This document shows, piece after piece, positions 1 to 13,569 of a stretch of 64,000 nucleotides of DNA; position 1 is the stretch's first letter; the number at the start of each line of letters is the position of its first letter. The notes beneath the pieces were generated by a model. The model did not search any database and was not told the origin of the DNA. It worked only from the letters and a program-made list of their open reading frames with translations. The translations under genes and the position numbers were made by a program. Source of the DNA: Enoplolaimus lenunculus (taxonomy: Eukaryota); assembly GCA_030248215.1 (NCBI GenBank), contig JASANG010002570.1, positions 62,001 to 126,000 on the forward strand, read 5' to 3'.

Positions 1-440
1 GACCTCCCGCAAAACAAAGGGGTCGGCAAAAAAACGCTACGCCCGGTGGTACAATTTGCACCATGCGGACCCCCAAGAGTTGCACACTCTTGTAGTATAT
101 GCTCGTGTGGCGCCATCCGTCACCATGCTATATCGTACGTGATTATTTCGCGTACGATACCGTTTGGCGACGGACGCCGCCGGACCGTGACGAATGGCAC
201 CGGACGTCATCAAAAGTATAGCGCCATCCTAAGGTTTAGATTAAGGCTTTAGACAATAATTTAGGCTTAGGTAAGCCTAAATTCTGTGGGGGGGGACTAT
301 AAAAGAAATAGTTTTCTCCACGTTAGCGCGAGGTGATAATTTTAAATTTAAAACATTTCAACTGAAAATTTTATTTTATTCAAGAAAAAGAATACTTCTA
401 TATAAATAATACAGGCAATTTCTTAAAATTAAAAAACATA

Positions 441-580
441 GGCCAGTGGTACGTATAGTGCCGTAACAGTAGATTAAGCATATTCCTAAGCATAAGCAAA
501 AAATATAGTCTAAAATCAAAACCTACTCTTTTACAGATCCACCGGATACCCGAAGGGTCCCTTAAAGTTAAACATGAGCC
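441..580. mobile_element. GGCC-terminal MITE, degenerate copy (C2-like)
   Basis: GGCCAGTG..CATGAGCC; TSD AAAACATA/AAAATATA; internal CCTAAG. Confidence 0.7.
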
Positions 581-867
581 AAAATATAAATGCGAGTTCC
601 AATATTTAATCAAACCAACTTCACACAGGTTTTATGGGGGTTTTTTTTGAAATATTTGACCAGATCAAAATTTACACATTAAACTGCAACTTTTGATCTC
701 ATTGTAAAATAAAAAGTTTGTTCTTCGCGAATAATAAATTGGTTTGCGCGCACGTGCCAGATGTTGCCGGCATTGTTAATTTTCACGGCTCAGGAACAAT
801 TGTAAAGACAACTCGACTTAAAGCTTGAATTTTAATGAAATGTGATACAATTGAGGGTTGCTGTTTT

Positions 868-1107
868 GGCCCATGTATAGAACAGGGCCGGATCGTTTTC
901 CGGAGGGGCTATAATAGAGTCAGTTTAAGCTTTAGACTAATTTTTTTTGCTTATGCTTTTTCTTCGGCTTAGGCTTAGGCTTAGGCTCATCCATACGCTT
1001 ATGCTTAGGCTTATGCTTAGGCTTAGGAATTCGCTCATCCATACGCTTAGGCTTAGGCTTAGGAATATGCTTATACTACTGTTCCGGCCCTGTTCTATAC
1101 ATGGGCC
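868..1107. mobile_element. TTAGGC-bearing MITE family C1 (Merlin-like ends)
   Basis: 25-bp TIR GGCCCATGTATAGAACAGGGCCGGA; flanks GCTGTTTT/GTTGTATT; internal TTAGGC tracts. Confidence 0.88.
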
Positions 1108-1293
1108 GTTGTATTATCCGAAATTTTTATGGCTTGAAGTTGTTTACAACTTTGGGGCGGATTTTGAATTTTATTTTTGCAGGTTGAGCAAACAGACTAG
1201 CAGCAATCAAAAATCGTTTCGCAGTGCAAAAGTGTATCAGATTAAACTCTCGTTTGACACTGAAACGCGAAGTTTTTTGCTAAAATAACACTA

Positions 1294-1492
1294 CACTGCA
1301 AGAAAATGGTGAGTCAAATTGACTCTCTCCGAAATAGTCTATTCCGGACTACTCAAACTGAGTCAAACTCAACTCCGTAAAAGGTAACCGTGAGTCGAAT
1401 TTGAGTCTGGCCGAGTCGAACTTGTCTCAGTTTGTGTAGTTCCGAAAAGACTATTTTGAAGAGAATCAATTTGACTCACCATTTGTTGCAGT
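1294..1492. mobile_element. Palindromic MITE family A (CACTGCA..TGCAGTG, TA flanks)
   Basis: Fold-back arms CACTGCAAAAAATGGTGAGTCAAATTGACTC; about 10 copies in the window. Confidence 0.85.
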
Positions 1493-2485
1493 AAAGACTC
1501 GATATTTGAATTGATTTTACCGTTTCACCATTGGTGAAAGGTGCAAAAAACTCTTTACTGAGACCGAGTATTTTTGTTGCTTCAAATATAAAAGCCGAAA
1601 CGAGCACTGTTCAACGTATCTTTACCTCCCACATGATAAATCAATGAACTTATCACCTCGCGATTGAGAAATATTTTTAATTAAGAGTACATTTCAAGTA
1701 CTGTACTTCATGCTACGTACACAATAATTTTTGAAGATCCCAACAGGGCGTTCAAGTATGTATCCTTGTATTTCTAAAGTGCATCTTACCGAGAACAATT
1801 AATAGACATTTACATAGAACATTTTGACTCAAATTTGTTTCGTGGAGGGGTGGTTTCAGGGGTCAACCCCCCGTTAGGATTTTTGTAAATTTTCAATTTG
1901 TAACGCATGAACCCTCGGTATTAAAAATTTTTGTACAGCATAATACCCCCGTTTCTAAAATTCAGGGGCTACGCTCATGTCAGTAATGTTTGAGAATGGG
2001 TCGATATTCTCGTGTCTCTCAGCAAAACCGGCCCTTACCCCCGCAGTTGTATATGACCGTCAAAAATCTGTTAAGTGGACTCTTGTAATTCGAAAGTGGT
2101 TTGCACTTAATTTAGACAAATTTTCTAAGTTGTAATTTAAATTTACTTAACAACGTGATATAGCTGAGCATTTTTGACACTACTCATCCAATACCATGGC
2201 CAAAGCCTCCCATACGTCTCCAACAGACATCCTTCAAACCCGTAACGGGCCGATGTTGAAATTATTAAATTTATTAAGTGTTGTAAAAAATTTACTCCCT
2301 GTCATCATCGAGTCGCCGCCCATCATCGAATCGTCCCATTTATTGCCAAAATTAAAATTTTAAAATACAAAAGGGATGCACCATCGATTCCCCCACCGGA
2401 AAATCCACGATCCGTAACCGCAACTAAGCGTTAGTATTTTTGATGTGTACGGACTGGTTTAAGCTTATCCTTTTAAGTAACCCGA

Positions 2486-2640
2486 CAGGATCGTAGCCAA
2501 CGGGGGCTCAGCCTAGCCTGGAAAAATTTTGGACTCCAAGGAAATTTTTAACGTTGCTTGTAAGCTATTAAAAACCCTTGAATGCCGCTCCTGAATCTTT
2601 TTTCAGCCTCTCCTAGCAAGGTGAGCTGCCTACAGGCATG
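2486..2640. mobile_element. hAT-like MITE family F (CAGGCCCGTAGCC TIR)
   Basis: Perfect 8-bp TSD TAACCCGA; more than 15 copies in the window (e.g. about 4989, 7383, 9707, 36866, 45512, 45882, 49135, 49351, 56927). Confidence 0.87.
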
Positions 2641-3290
2641 TAACCCGACCGATTATAATAGTGTACTGTAAAAGATAATCCTTAGTTTCACCATTTAGGA
2701 CTCACATGTAAGCCAGCGGCGCGCGTGGTTATACACAGGGATATACAGAGACGGATCCGGAAATTTTTGACCTCAGGACGAACTAACAAAATTTATGAAA
2801 CGCAATTTTTACTGTATGCTATATATGCGATTGGCAGCGAAAATTTGTAAGGTGGGAACCTTACCATTTTATCACAAAAAACATTTCTGAGCGGAAAAAA
2901 ATGTGTTTTTTTTAGAAATAAATTCTGAACGGGAAATGTAAGGTAAAATAAAATACGTTTTAACCAGAGTTTAGCGAAGAAACATTTTGATCGGTTAAAA
3001 TAGTTTTACCGATGTTATCTTTTCGAGAAATAAAATCCAAATCTGGTTACGGTTTCAACTAAATATCTATTGCTTGTTACGATTACGTTGGATTTAATAT
3101 TTAATTGTAAGGTTTAATTCACCGTAACAGCGAACAGATCTTTGATAAATTCCGGAAGTACTCAACCTGTACGGCCCTTACTGATTGGTTGAATTTTACT
3201 CAAATCAAACGTGATAATTGGATAATTTTAAAACAAAGTTATTCACAGTTTAATTGCAATAAGTCTACGCTGATATTAAGCAATTAATTG

Positions 3291-3533
3291 CACTAGCCGA
3301 TGCAAATGGGAAGGGGGCGGGTGCGCGTACGCCCCCCATCAGAAATTTTTTGTGTTAAAATGATAAGGTGCCTACGTACCTTACAATTTTCTCAGAAAAT
3401 TTTTTGTAAACAATTTTTCTGATTTTTTTGTGATAAAATGGTAACCTTACAATTTTTTTACAATTTTTTTTCGCAACATCTTTTGTGATAAAATGGTAAG
3501 GTCCCTCGTCAGAAATGTTTAGATCCGCATCTG
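3291..3533. mobile_element. hAT-like MITE family G (CA..GCGGATCC termini, internal TGTGATAAAATGGTAAGG repeats)
   Basis: Perfect TSD ATTAATTG. Confidence 0.85.
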
Positions 3534-3986
3534 ATTAATTGCATAAAAACGTTTACGGGAGGGGGCTACGTACAAGACAGGGGAGGCAGATGATCAGCTA
3601 TCTACCCTGAAACAAGCTTAAATATTGGACCTAGTAGTGATAATCTATGAGTATTTTAGAATTGGCTATAATTCCTATAACTTGATGGTCATATGTATTT
3701 CAATATCCGTCAAATTTTAGCCGACTAAAAGTTGTTGCTGAGAAATCCAAACAAACGTTGAATATTTACACAGAGTCCACCGTGTCGTGTCACTTAACAA
3801 TGGTGTTAAATTGATTTTTCAATTCAAATATTGAGAAATTATAACGCTTAACGCGTTTGTGTTTACATTTCTCAATGTGTTCCCTCTAAAAATTAATTTG
3901 AATTATATGGTGTATTCTGTAGTGGCCTATGCTTGCGTATGGCAGATTACAATCCGCAGGCCGCAAACACCCCCTTACGGTATCTA

Positions 3987-4197
3987 CACCGCAACAAAAT
4001 TATGAGTCAAATTGACTGCCTCCGAAATAGGGCTATACGGAACTACGCAATCTGAGTCAAATTCGACTCCGCCAGAACCAAATTCGACTCACTAAGTAGC
4101 ACGTTTGACTCTGGCGGAGTCGAATTTGACTGAGATTGTGTAGTCCCGTAGAGCCTATTTCGAAGGGAGTCAATTTGACTCATTAGTTTTCGCAGTG
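3987..4197. mobile_element. Family A MITE
   Basis: TA-CACCGCA..CGCAGTG-TA. Confidence 0.87.
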
Positions 4198-4256
4198 TAT
4201 TAAAGCATCAAATTCCCATAGAAGCAGGTACAAAACTTGAATTCAAGTGGCATATA

Positions 4257-4697
4257 CAGTAGGGATCCGAATAAGAGGGAGGAACTGATTTGGCCTCTTC
4301 ATAAGGTACCACCCTGTTATCCGGTTACGGACTGTTATTTATTTTCAACCTGCCTTTCGCCACCCTTAGATACTGATATCTTTCCGGTATTGCAATTATC
4401 CGTTGAATTAAACGTATTTTGCATTGCATCAAAAGCTTGGGTGATAATGCAAGGTTATATATACTTAGGAATGTAGTTTCAAAACTTAAGTACGTTTTAA
4501 AGTTTCAAACTTAACTGTATTTGGTACTGGAGTAAGTTATGCGCTACAATTAGGGATACTTGACATTTACGGACTCTAATTAGGGTTTAGGGACTCTGTT
4601 GGCTTACGGACTCTTATTAGGAATACGGACTCCTATCGATTGGGACTCAAAATGGGGACCCCTTTCTTATTACCCCCTCTTATTCGGGTCGCTACAG
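4257..4697. mobile_element. Tc1/mariner-pogo-like MITE
   Basis: TA-CAGTAGGGATCCGAATAAGAGGG..CCCTCTTATTCGGGTCGCTACAG-TA. Confidence 0.8.
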
Positions 4698-5649
4698 TAT
4701 ATGACATTTAAGCCAGAGCGAATCGGAAGTCTTTCAGCCCAATTCTTGAATTAGTAGTGTTTTGCTAGCAATATGTTTTCGAAAACTGTCACAACAACCA
4801 AAGATTTCGCTAATGAGTCTACGATATTTTCACACTTTGAATACTTAGAATTTCAATTGTTTCCATTGAAATTTTTCGATCCAATTAAAAACATTCAAAT
4901 TTGATTGTGTCGAAATATAGGAATTATTGTAAACTTTTGCCAGTATTTTGTTATACACGACGCACTAGTGATTGTAGGCGCTGGCAGACATGCCCGTAGC
5001 CAGCTCACTTTGGCTGGGGGTGGGGCTAAAAATTTTAAAGGACGGGTATACATGAGATTTCAATGACTTATACAGGCAAGGTTGAAAATTTTCTAGGGGG
5101 TCAAACTTTTTCCAGGAAGGGCTGATCGCCCTGCCTGTCCCTTATTGGCTACAGGCCTGCGCTGGTAGGTATCGCTGAATTGTATTAGAGATTTTTGTAT
5201 AAGGCAGGCATAGAACAAAAATTTTTTAAAAGGGGTTATTTTGTGAACATATATCAGGTTTATGTAAATTTTTCTTTTGTCCTATGGACCCCTCTTGTCC
5301 GTAACAACCCAATATTCTGGTATCGGTCATGCTGTTGACTATTTTATGTGCCACCGAAAGCTTCTATTGCTTTCAGTACAATGTTTGCGGAATGTTCATT
5401 ATGCTTGTAATGACAAATTTTACACCAACCGGTGCATTCAAACAAGTTCAAAAAATCGATTTTTTCAAAAATTCAAATTTAACTGCAGAACAGTAGGAGG
5501 CAGCTATGAAATGCCAAAATGTTTCAAAATCGAACCGATGCATATAAATATCAGACAACTGTTTGTTTTGAAATATTTGTTGCCAAAATATTTTTTTCGT
5601 TATTCCCATCGACAAAGTTAATTAGACAAATATTCACAGGCGGAGTAGA

Positions 5650-5825
5650 CACTAGCGGATCCAGAGGGGGGCGGAGGGAGGAGGGGCGGGCGCCCCCCCA
5701 GCTGGTATTTTTTGTGTTAAAATCGTGAGGTCCCTACCTTACAATTTTTCGCCCTCAGGACATTTTTTGGTGATCAAATGTTGCCAGCCCGCCCCCCTCG
5801 TCACAAATTTTTCGATCGGCCTCTG
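5650..5825. mobile_element. Family G MITE
   Basis: TSD GGAGTAGA/GGAGTTGA. Confidence 0.85.
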
Positions 5826-6467
5826 GGAGTTGAGCCAAGCGAGTCCCTCCTGGCATGTAAGTCAATGATAACTGGCATTCTATTTTCATCGCCAAACGCT
5901 AATTTTCCATGCTTATATATTTGGTTTCTCTGTGAAAATTTCGCGTGAGCATCATTAATGAACCTAATTTATCAAAAGTGACCAATATTTTCACCTGTGT
6001 TGTGCTTAAGCTTACCATTTTATTGTTACCGTGTCACACGACATTTTGCTTACAAACTGAACAACAATGATAGATCTTTGGAATACCTTTTGTATGGATG
6101 GCTCTTGTACACGTTTTCGCCACATCTGCCTAAAATTTAGGCTTAGGCAGTTCCGGAGCAGACTAGATCGGCCTTCCAAAGTCCCGGGATGAGTACCCAT
6201 TGCGATGATCAAACTATTTTTCCAAAGTTTTGGTTTAAACCATGTTAGGAAGGGCTCTTTTGGGATGGGTGACCCCAAATCGGGGTATGGGAGTGGCTGC
6301 TCCGGCCCTGGCCTTAGGCAGTGGCAAAACTTAAACTAAGACTTGTTTTGGGTGCAAATACCCTAAAGACCTTTTGAGTATTTGAGAAATAGAACAAACA
6401 TCCGAAAACTGTAAGAAAGTCGGTAAAATAACTATTTTGCATGCTTATTAAAAGGCCGAAGGCATAC

Positions 6468-6596
6468 GGCCGTTTTCGCTGTCGTCGTCTGTACTCCGCC
6501 GCTCCGCGCCATATATATCGGATCTCCGTAAGCGTGGTCCTCGTCAGCAGGCCGAGAATGATGGCCGACAAAGCCTGATCCAACCTGTTGAGCTGT
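6468..6596 (-). CDS. Possible exon of an unidentified minus-strand gene
   Basis: GC-rich unique island bounded on the minus strand by CTGACATTGTCAG| and |GTATGC; two frames are open. Confidence 0.3.
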
Positions 6597-8972
6597 CTGA
6601 CAATGTCAGTAAATAATAAACACTTTACTTAAACTACAGCCGGTCGTCAACTTTCTCAAATTTGTGTTTTCAAAAAGTTTCAACTGCAATTTTAAATTTC
6701 ATTATTAATTTGAATTTTAAACTTTTGATAAGCGAGCGTTATACTCACGTCTTTTGACAACGGCGTTCAACTCTGACTATTTGTTCAATTTCACTTCTCA
6801 ATAACAGATACGTCTTCATTTTCAACTCGATAATTTCACAGTACTAAATCGTAGAGTCACGTCCGATATTGCGATAGCGTCACGCTCGAACTCGAGTTAA
6901 TATTCGCACTCGGGGTTAAAATTTTGAATCATTTCGAATGAAATTAGTGTAATTTTAAATTTGAAAAGTGTATGAAATTGGCGTTTTTTAAAAAGTTTAT
7001 ATTACGGGTTCAACTTGGATCGAGATTTACAATTAATCGACAAAAGTATAACGTTTGTTAAAATTATATTTTGTAATGTTTTCTGGTTTTTAGTTCTGAG
7101 ACGTTTTTTGAATAATTTTGTACCCGAGGCTTGCGAACAGTGCCAGAGCAGGGTAGGGTGGGGCACAAAACAATTCCTGGATGATCAAATTATTTAAAAA
7201 ATTTTTTGTTTACAATCTTGTTAGGGTGGCGACCCCTCTTTGGTTTGGGTGCCTTCCCAAATGAGAGTATGGAGGGTGCATGCTCTGGCCCTGCTTATTC
7301 CAGGTGACGTATAGAAAATTTATACTCGAAATTCTTAGATATGAGCATTTTTATACATTTTACTATTTCAATCTACTATCCTCAGGCCCGTAGCCATCCT
7401 ACCTTTGCTAGGTGGCTAAAAAATTTTCAGGAGGGGTATACAAGGGTTTTCGTTGACTTACAAGTAAGGTTAAAAATTTTCTAGGGCGGCCAAAATTTTT
7501 CCATGCAGCTTGAGCCTCCCCAGGGACACCCTTAGCTGTGGAACCGACTATATTTAGGAGCCATTAATTCGGTTTCAAACATACCGGTACATCAACCAGG
7601 TAGCGAATTCAGCTTTTGTCGCAAAAGTCGCTGAACCTTTTAAGGAACCAGAGAAAATCAATTGAATAAACAAAGATTTGATTGGTTAAAATTTGAATTT
7701 GTGCTTGTTGGTAATCTGATACTTTTGTGACTGTCGGGTGCGATTCAACTTTGAGTTGTTTTTAGGTTCCATTTACCGATAATAATTTTCGTTTGACTTC
7801 AAATTATTTTAATTGCTTTATTAGAACATTTTGAAGCAGTTTTGCAATTGCCACAATATCATGCGAACACCAGGTGACATTTGAGGAGGTAGTTTGACCG
7901 ACACTGAAGCCAAAACACTTCAATGTGCAATAGTATGCATTGGCGTTTTATAGGGAAATCGCTACTATTTCAGCCATACCAGCCGGGTAGCTTCGAACGC
8001 TTATGACATCAGAGCAAAACTAGGCTTCCCTACAAAATTTTGACCCCTACTGTAGTGAACCCTAATAAATGACGGGGAATTCCCAGGCCCGTAGCCAGTT
8101 TACCGTGCTTGGGGGGGAATTTATCAGGAGGGGCATACAAGAGTTTTCAATGATTTTCAAGCAAGGTTGAAAATGACCTACACTCTCAAATATATAACAG
8201 ACACTCAGGCCACCAGCATATACTTCACTGTATTCCACAAACGGATTATGGTGTTTAGTCCAACTATTACAATGAGGTGAATAAAAAGTAAACAACAGTC
8301 CGTAACCGAATACCAGAAGGAATACCCTTTCTAGAGGCAAAATATATATCAATCCCTATCCCGTCTTATATGGGTGCCTACAGCAAAAAATGTTAACTTC
8401 GCTAGTCGATTATCCAACAGCATCGTATGACCTCCACTTGAAATGTCTAGTACCCTGTCCAAAGCGGATCAGAGCCAGAGGGTACACACGGTGGCTCAGG
8501 TTCCTTAAGAAAATTTTTGGCCCCCTTCCCAGAAATGTTTCAAACTTGCTTGTAAACCATCTCTAACCCATGTATGCCCCTCCTATCAATTGTCCAGCCC
8601 ACCCCCCCAAAAGCAAGGTGATCTGACTACGACCTTGTATCCGAACCGATGGTAAAATTCGCATATGCTGCTGTTATATAATCGACGCTTATAGCAGGAA
8701 ATGGTCATTTATGAATTTTTTTAAAACAATAAATGTGTTAAATTTGCAACAAATAATGGGTTTTATTACAATTATTGTGTCATATGTTTGATGAACGCAT
8801 ATTGGTATTTCTTAAAAACGACACAATGTAATACCAAGCACGTGTAAATTGCAATTTATTGCATATTGCATGCTATTCTAATGCAATTTATCATTTTTTT
8901 CATGTTCTCTACTGCAGTTTAGTGAGTGCGGTTGTATACTGGTTGATTGCAAATGTTTATGATTGGCAGATC

Positions 8973-9136
8973 GGCCAATGTTACTTTGAGGGGCGTAACA
9001 GTAGATGATAAAGCGTATTCCTAAGCCTAAGCGTACGTCTAAGTGTAAGCCTAAGCAAAAAATGTATTCTAGAATCTAAACCTGCTCTTTTGTAGACCCA
9101 CCAGAAACTTTAACGCCCCTTGAAGTAACATGGGCC
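8973..9136. mobile_element. TTAGGC-bearing MITE family C2
   Basis: GGCCAATGTTACTT..AAGTAACATGGGCC; TSD GGCAGATC/GGCGGATC. Confidence 0.87.
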
Positions 9137-9940
9137 GGCGGATCTATCCAGAAGTAGAATGTCGAGAAAAATGCTCAGCTGTGAATGAACAAAATTTGCC
9201 TCATGTAGAAATCCTTGAGTCGGACTTTGTGAAAAATTTACGACAATTCATCGACTGTCAGCTTGTTGCGCAACAGTGTCCTAAGGCGCATGAATACATC
9301 TTAGCATAATCCTAAGCATAAATACATCTTAGCATAATCTTAAGCATAAATACATCTTAGCATAATCCTAATCCTAAGCCTAAGCCTAAGCGTAATGATG
9401 GGCGACGAATTGTCAAAGTCGATGAAATGTCGGATTACAAGTTGTCAGTCGACAAGTGGTCGGGCGATAATTTGTTGTCGCGATGTTTCAAAAAACAAAC
9501 CTAAATATTAAATAGGTGCCCAAATTAGCTTCGTGTACAAAAAATCAAAACATTCTATGCAATTTATTTTGCTGGATTTTTGCTCGTTTCGCTTGCAAGG
9601 TTTTTTTAAATATAACTCTAAACTCTGCCAGGTGTCTGATTCTTGGTGACCTACACACACCAAAGATAGCATTTCTTTATAGGATTTAATGGTACGTCGT
9701 GTTTTATCACGCCCGTAGCCAGGTAATTTTGCTAGGGGAACTGAACAATTTTCAGGAGTGGCATACAAGTGTTTTCGATGACTTACAAGCAACGTTGAAA
9801 ATTTTATAGGGAAGCCGAAGTTCTGCCGTGGATGGGCGAACCCCCTTCGTGGCCTCACTCTGGTTACAGGTCCGGTTTTGGGAAGAGAAAAAAATGGTTT
9901 TCGTATCCCTGTTCGGCTATGCCGATACGGTATATGGGCA

Positions 9941-10194
9941 GAATCTACGGCAATTCGTCGACTGACAACTTGTCGCCCAGCAGTGTCTCAAAAACCTATA
10001 AATAAGTCTAAGCATAATCCTAAGCGTAAACCTAAGCCTTACCGTAAGCCAAAACACAACGATAGACGACGAATTGTTGAGTCGATGAAGTTTCAGATTA
10101 CAAGTTGTCGGTAAACGACTTGTCGGGTCGACGAATTATCGAGTCGATGAAGTTTCAGATTACAAGTTGTCGGTCGACGAGTTGTCGTGATACC
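9941..10194. mobile_element. Family E repeat (GAATCTACGACAATTCGTCG..TTGTCGTGATACC) with degenerate GCCTAA core
   Basis: Related copies at about 9237-9485, 19620-20001, 44977-45328, 47590-47784 and 52755-53228. Confidence 0.75.
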
Positions 10195-11741
10195 CATACC
10201 TTTCAATTCCAGTTAGTAAGCTCGTTTTAAACAAGTAATAAGTTTAGCTTATATGTCATGTCAACGCAATCCAGAGTTATTGTGTTTAAAATCCATGCAA
10301 AACAACAGCAACAACTCCAACGAAGCGTTAAATTTTTAATTAATTTAGTCGTCTTGTGTCGGTCAACCTGTGATCGTATATTATTAATGAGTTTAAAATT
10401 ATTTTTTACTACAAGTATACCTACCATATGCTAAACCTATTATCACACCAAATATCACTACAACTTGCCCCCCCCCCCGTAAAATACCTGGGGGGAGGTA
10501 GGTGTTGTATACCAGGGTGACCCCTAGAAATAACAAAGGCAGAGGTATGTTGAATAATTTAAATTTAATAAATTGCCGTCCTTGATATCTGCTGTTATAC
10601 AAATTTTGCTTCACACAAAGGCGAAATGGTTAGTTTTTTTCAGTAGGCCATTAGCCGTGGCATATCGGATACATTACGATTAGGGACTTCTACCGAAAAT
10701 GTGATTATCGGTCTAGTATGGTCCTGGCAAAAATGGTTCAATAACGCAGTGTTAATTCCTAAAAAAATGGTTTCGCCATAAAGGGGGGGTATTATCTCCC
10801 AGGGTAGACCCTTTAGAGACCGCCCTCGACACTATTATTGATGTTCAACAGGTGAGTACCGTTTTGGTATTTAGCGAGAATTTTGAGTACAAAATGTTGT
10901 TTAAAACGTAAAAAGAGTGATTTTTAAATAATTTAAAGTCACAAATTATTTGCTTCAGTGGCATTTTGATTTTGAGTAGATAAATATAGAAATTTAGGTA
11001 TTAATAGTAAATTAGCTATTTTATTTTTGTGTAGGATCAGCATTTTGAAAGTGTGAATTATGGTACAGATTTATTGGAGTAACTGGCGAAAATTAATTGA
11101 AGATTTTTTAGTCGAGTTTTAATTTGAATGACGCAAATCTTGCGACGATTTCGGGGCATCGAAGTGCTTGCTTGCCAGTTCAGCCATGGTTAAAATTTTG
11201 GGATGCAAATTGTTCGTCTGAAATTGCACCGGATGCGGATGCTAAAGTAAATTAGCTTGAAAAATTCCTTAACAACTGAAGAATGAAACATATGGTCATA
11301 CCGAAATTATTATTTTTGTGCTTAACTGGTTAAAAAGCCATAAAATATTCGCTTCCTTTAGAAAATTTTTAACCTTGCTTGTAAGTTAACGAAAATCCTT
11401 GTATGTTCCTCCTGAAAAATTTTTAGCCCCCCATCCTAGCAAGGTGAGCTGGCTACGGGCCTATCGAGTGAGAAGAGTGTTTATGCACGCAGTAACTTGC
11501 ATTTAAATTGCAAAACAGTGCATGTCTTCGCAGCGTTAATCGCACGTAATTAACAGATCGCACCTGCGGTGCAAAAATTTTGACACGTTTAGCCGCTTGC
11601 TCTCTCTGTCAGAGAGACTAACAATACCCCCTGTCGATGCCGCTAATCCTTAATTTAGTTCAATTACAGACAATCGTTTAGTAGCTAAAATAGATCGCAG
11701 TTTTCTAATTTCTAACTGGAAAATAGTTAGATTGTGACTTT

Positions 11742-12305
11742 GGCCCATGTATAGAACAGGGCCCGAACAATAGTATAAGCATATTGCTAATCCTAAGCCT
11801 AAGCCTAAGCCTATGCGTATGGATGAGCTTATTCCTAAGCCTAAGCCTAAGCGTATGGATGAGCCTATTTCTAATCCTAAGCTTAAGCCTAAGCGTATGG
11901 ATGAGCCTATTTCTAAGCCTTAGCCTAAGCCTAAGCGTATGGATTAGCCTATTTCTAATCCTATAGCCTAAGCCTAAGCGTATGGATTAGCCTATTTCTA
12001 ATCCTAAGCCTAAGCCTAAGCGCATGGATGAGCCTATTTCTAATCCTAAGCCTAAGCCTAAGCGTATGGATGAGCCTATTTCTAAGCCTTAGCCTAAGCC
12101 TAAGCGTATGGATTAGCCTATTTCTAATCCTAAGCCTAAGCGTATGGATGAGCCTATTTCTAATCCTAAGCCTAAGCCTAAGCGTATGGATGAGCCTATT
12201 TCTAAGCCTTAGCCTAAGCCTAAGCAAAAAAGTTAGTCTAAAGTTTAAACTGACCCTATTACAGCCATGTTGGAAAACAATCTGGCTCTGTTGTATACGT
12301 GGGCC
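11742..12305. mobile_element. C1 MITE with expanded internal minisatellite (about 10 units of 36-42 bp)
   Basis: Same TIR; perfect 8-bp TSD GTGACTTT; (GCCTAA)n-GCGTATGGATGA units. Confidence 0.92.
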
Positions 12306-12696
12306 GTGACTTTGATCAATTATATCTATTTCTAGCATTTTCAAGCATTTTCACAGAAATTACTTCACATTCGCAGCCAGCTCAACGTGCTGGGGAAAAC
12401 CAAAATTGTAGTTGGGCCTACTAGCGAATCTAGTGAAGGCATCAGAACATTTTTTGTGATAAAATAGTAATCTTATAATTTTTTTGTTATGTTACAATTT
12501 GTTTCGGTCACAAAATTGGCACATATATAGGATGCACTAAAAATTGCGTTTCATAACTTTTGCCATCCTGCCCCCGTCTCTGAAATTTTTGAATCCGCCA
12601 CTGGATAGGTGGTATACAGAAATTGGTATTTGCTTACAAAAGACTTTAATTTTTTCTTGTAACATTTGTCTCTTGCAACGGAACTCAGCTTCCTGG

Positions 12697-12858
12697 CGGG
12701 CCCGTAGCCAAGGGTGGCAGGGGGAACGAGTCCCCCCTGAAAAAAATTTGCCCCCCTGGAAATTTTTCAACTTGCTTGTAACTCATTGAAAACCCTTGAA
12801 TGCCCCTCTTGAAAAATTTCTTAACCATCCCTAGCAAAATGTGCTGGCTACAGGCCTG
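12697..12858. mobile_element. Family F MITE
   Basis: TSD CTTCCTGG/CTTCCTCG. Confidence 0.87.
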
Positions 12859-13092
12859 CTTCCTCGAAGTTATTGTCCATAGATACGAAATTAGCCTAAA
12901 TCACCAACCTGGCTAGTATATAATAAGGACTTATGCTAATTGTTCCAACACTTGCATTCGTCAAACGTTCACGTGCAATTTGCAAAAAATATTTCATATT
13001 TTTAATGTTTACAACTGATCAAGCAAAATAGGCATTTGAGAATACTTCCCAGAATAACAGTTTAACCCTTGTAGTAAACCTACACACTGTCC

Positions 13093-13271
13093 GGCTCATG
13101 TTACTTTAAGGGCCGTCCAGGTTTCTGGCAGGTCTATAAAATGGGTTAGATTCTAGATTACATTTTTGTTTAGGCTTAGGCTTAGGCTTAGGAACACATT
13201 TTTGTAACGCTTAGGCTTAGGCGTAGGAATACGTTTAATCTACTGTTACGCCTCTAAAGGTAACATTAGCC
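13093..13271. mobile_element. C2 MITE (1 internal unit)
   Basis: GGCTCATGTTACTT..GTAACATTAGCC; TSD CACTGTCC/GATTGTCC. Confidence 0.82.
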
Positions 13272-13569
13272 GATTGTCCAGTTTGTTTGAGGAATAAAAA
13301 AACTTGAGTTTGAGCGGAAAAACAGTACCTCGAGTAATTAAACTTAACCTAGTAAATATGTGGTTAAAATACTTGCAAATGGATGAACTTTGTATCTCCA
13401 GGCTTTCAAACCAAACCGTTCAATTAATTACCGGTTCGGCTAAAACCCAATAATATTTGTCGAGCCAGAAATTTGAAATATCATTCGACGCATCTTGAAT
13501 CGCTGTTTACCGAAACCATACTTAAGCTAAGGAAAACGATCACCTAAGCCTAAACCATTTATCCGGCAT

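Noticed and set aside
2160..3190. Further minus-strand exon candidates near 2180-2250 and 3120-3170
   Set aside because: Short, with weak splice signals and no recognisable peptide.
11784..12344. ORFs rich in RLRLRL or LSLSLS (also 947-1288)
   Set aside because: These are translations of TTAGGC/GCCTAA tracts inside MITEs.
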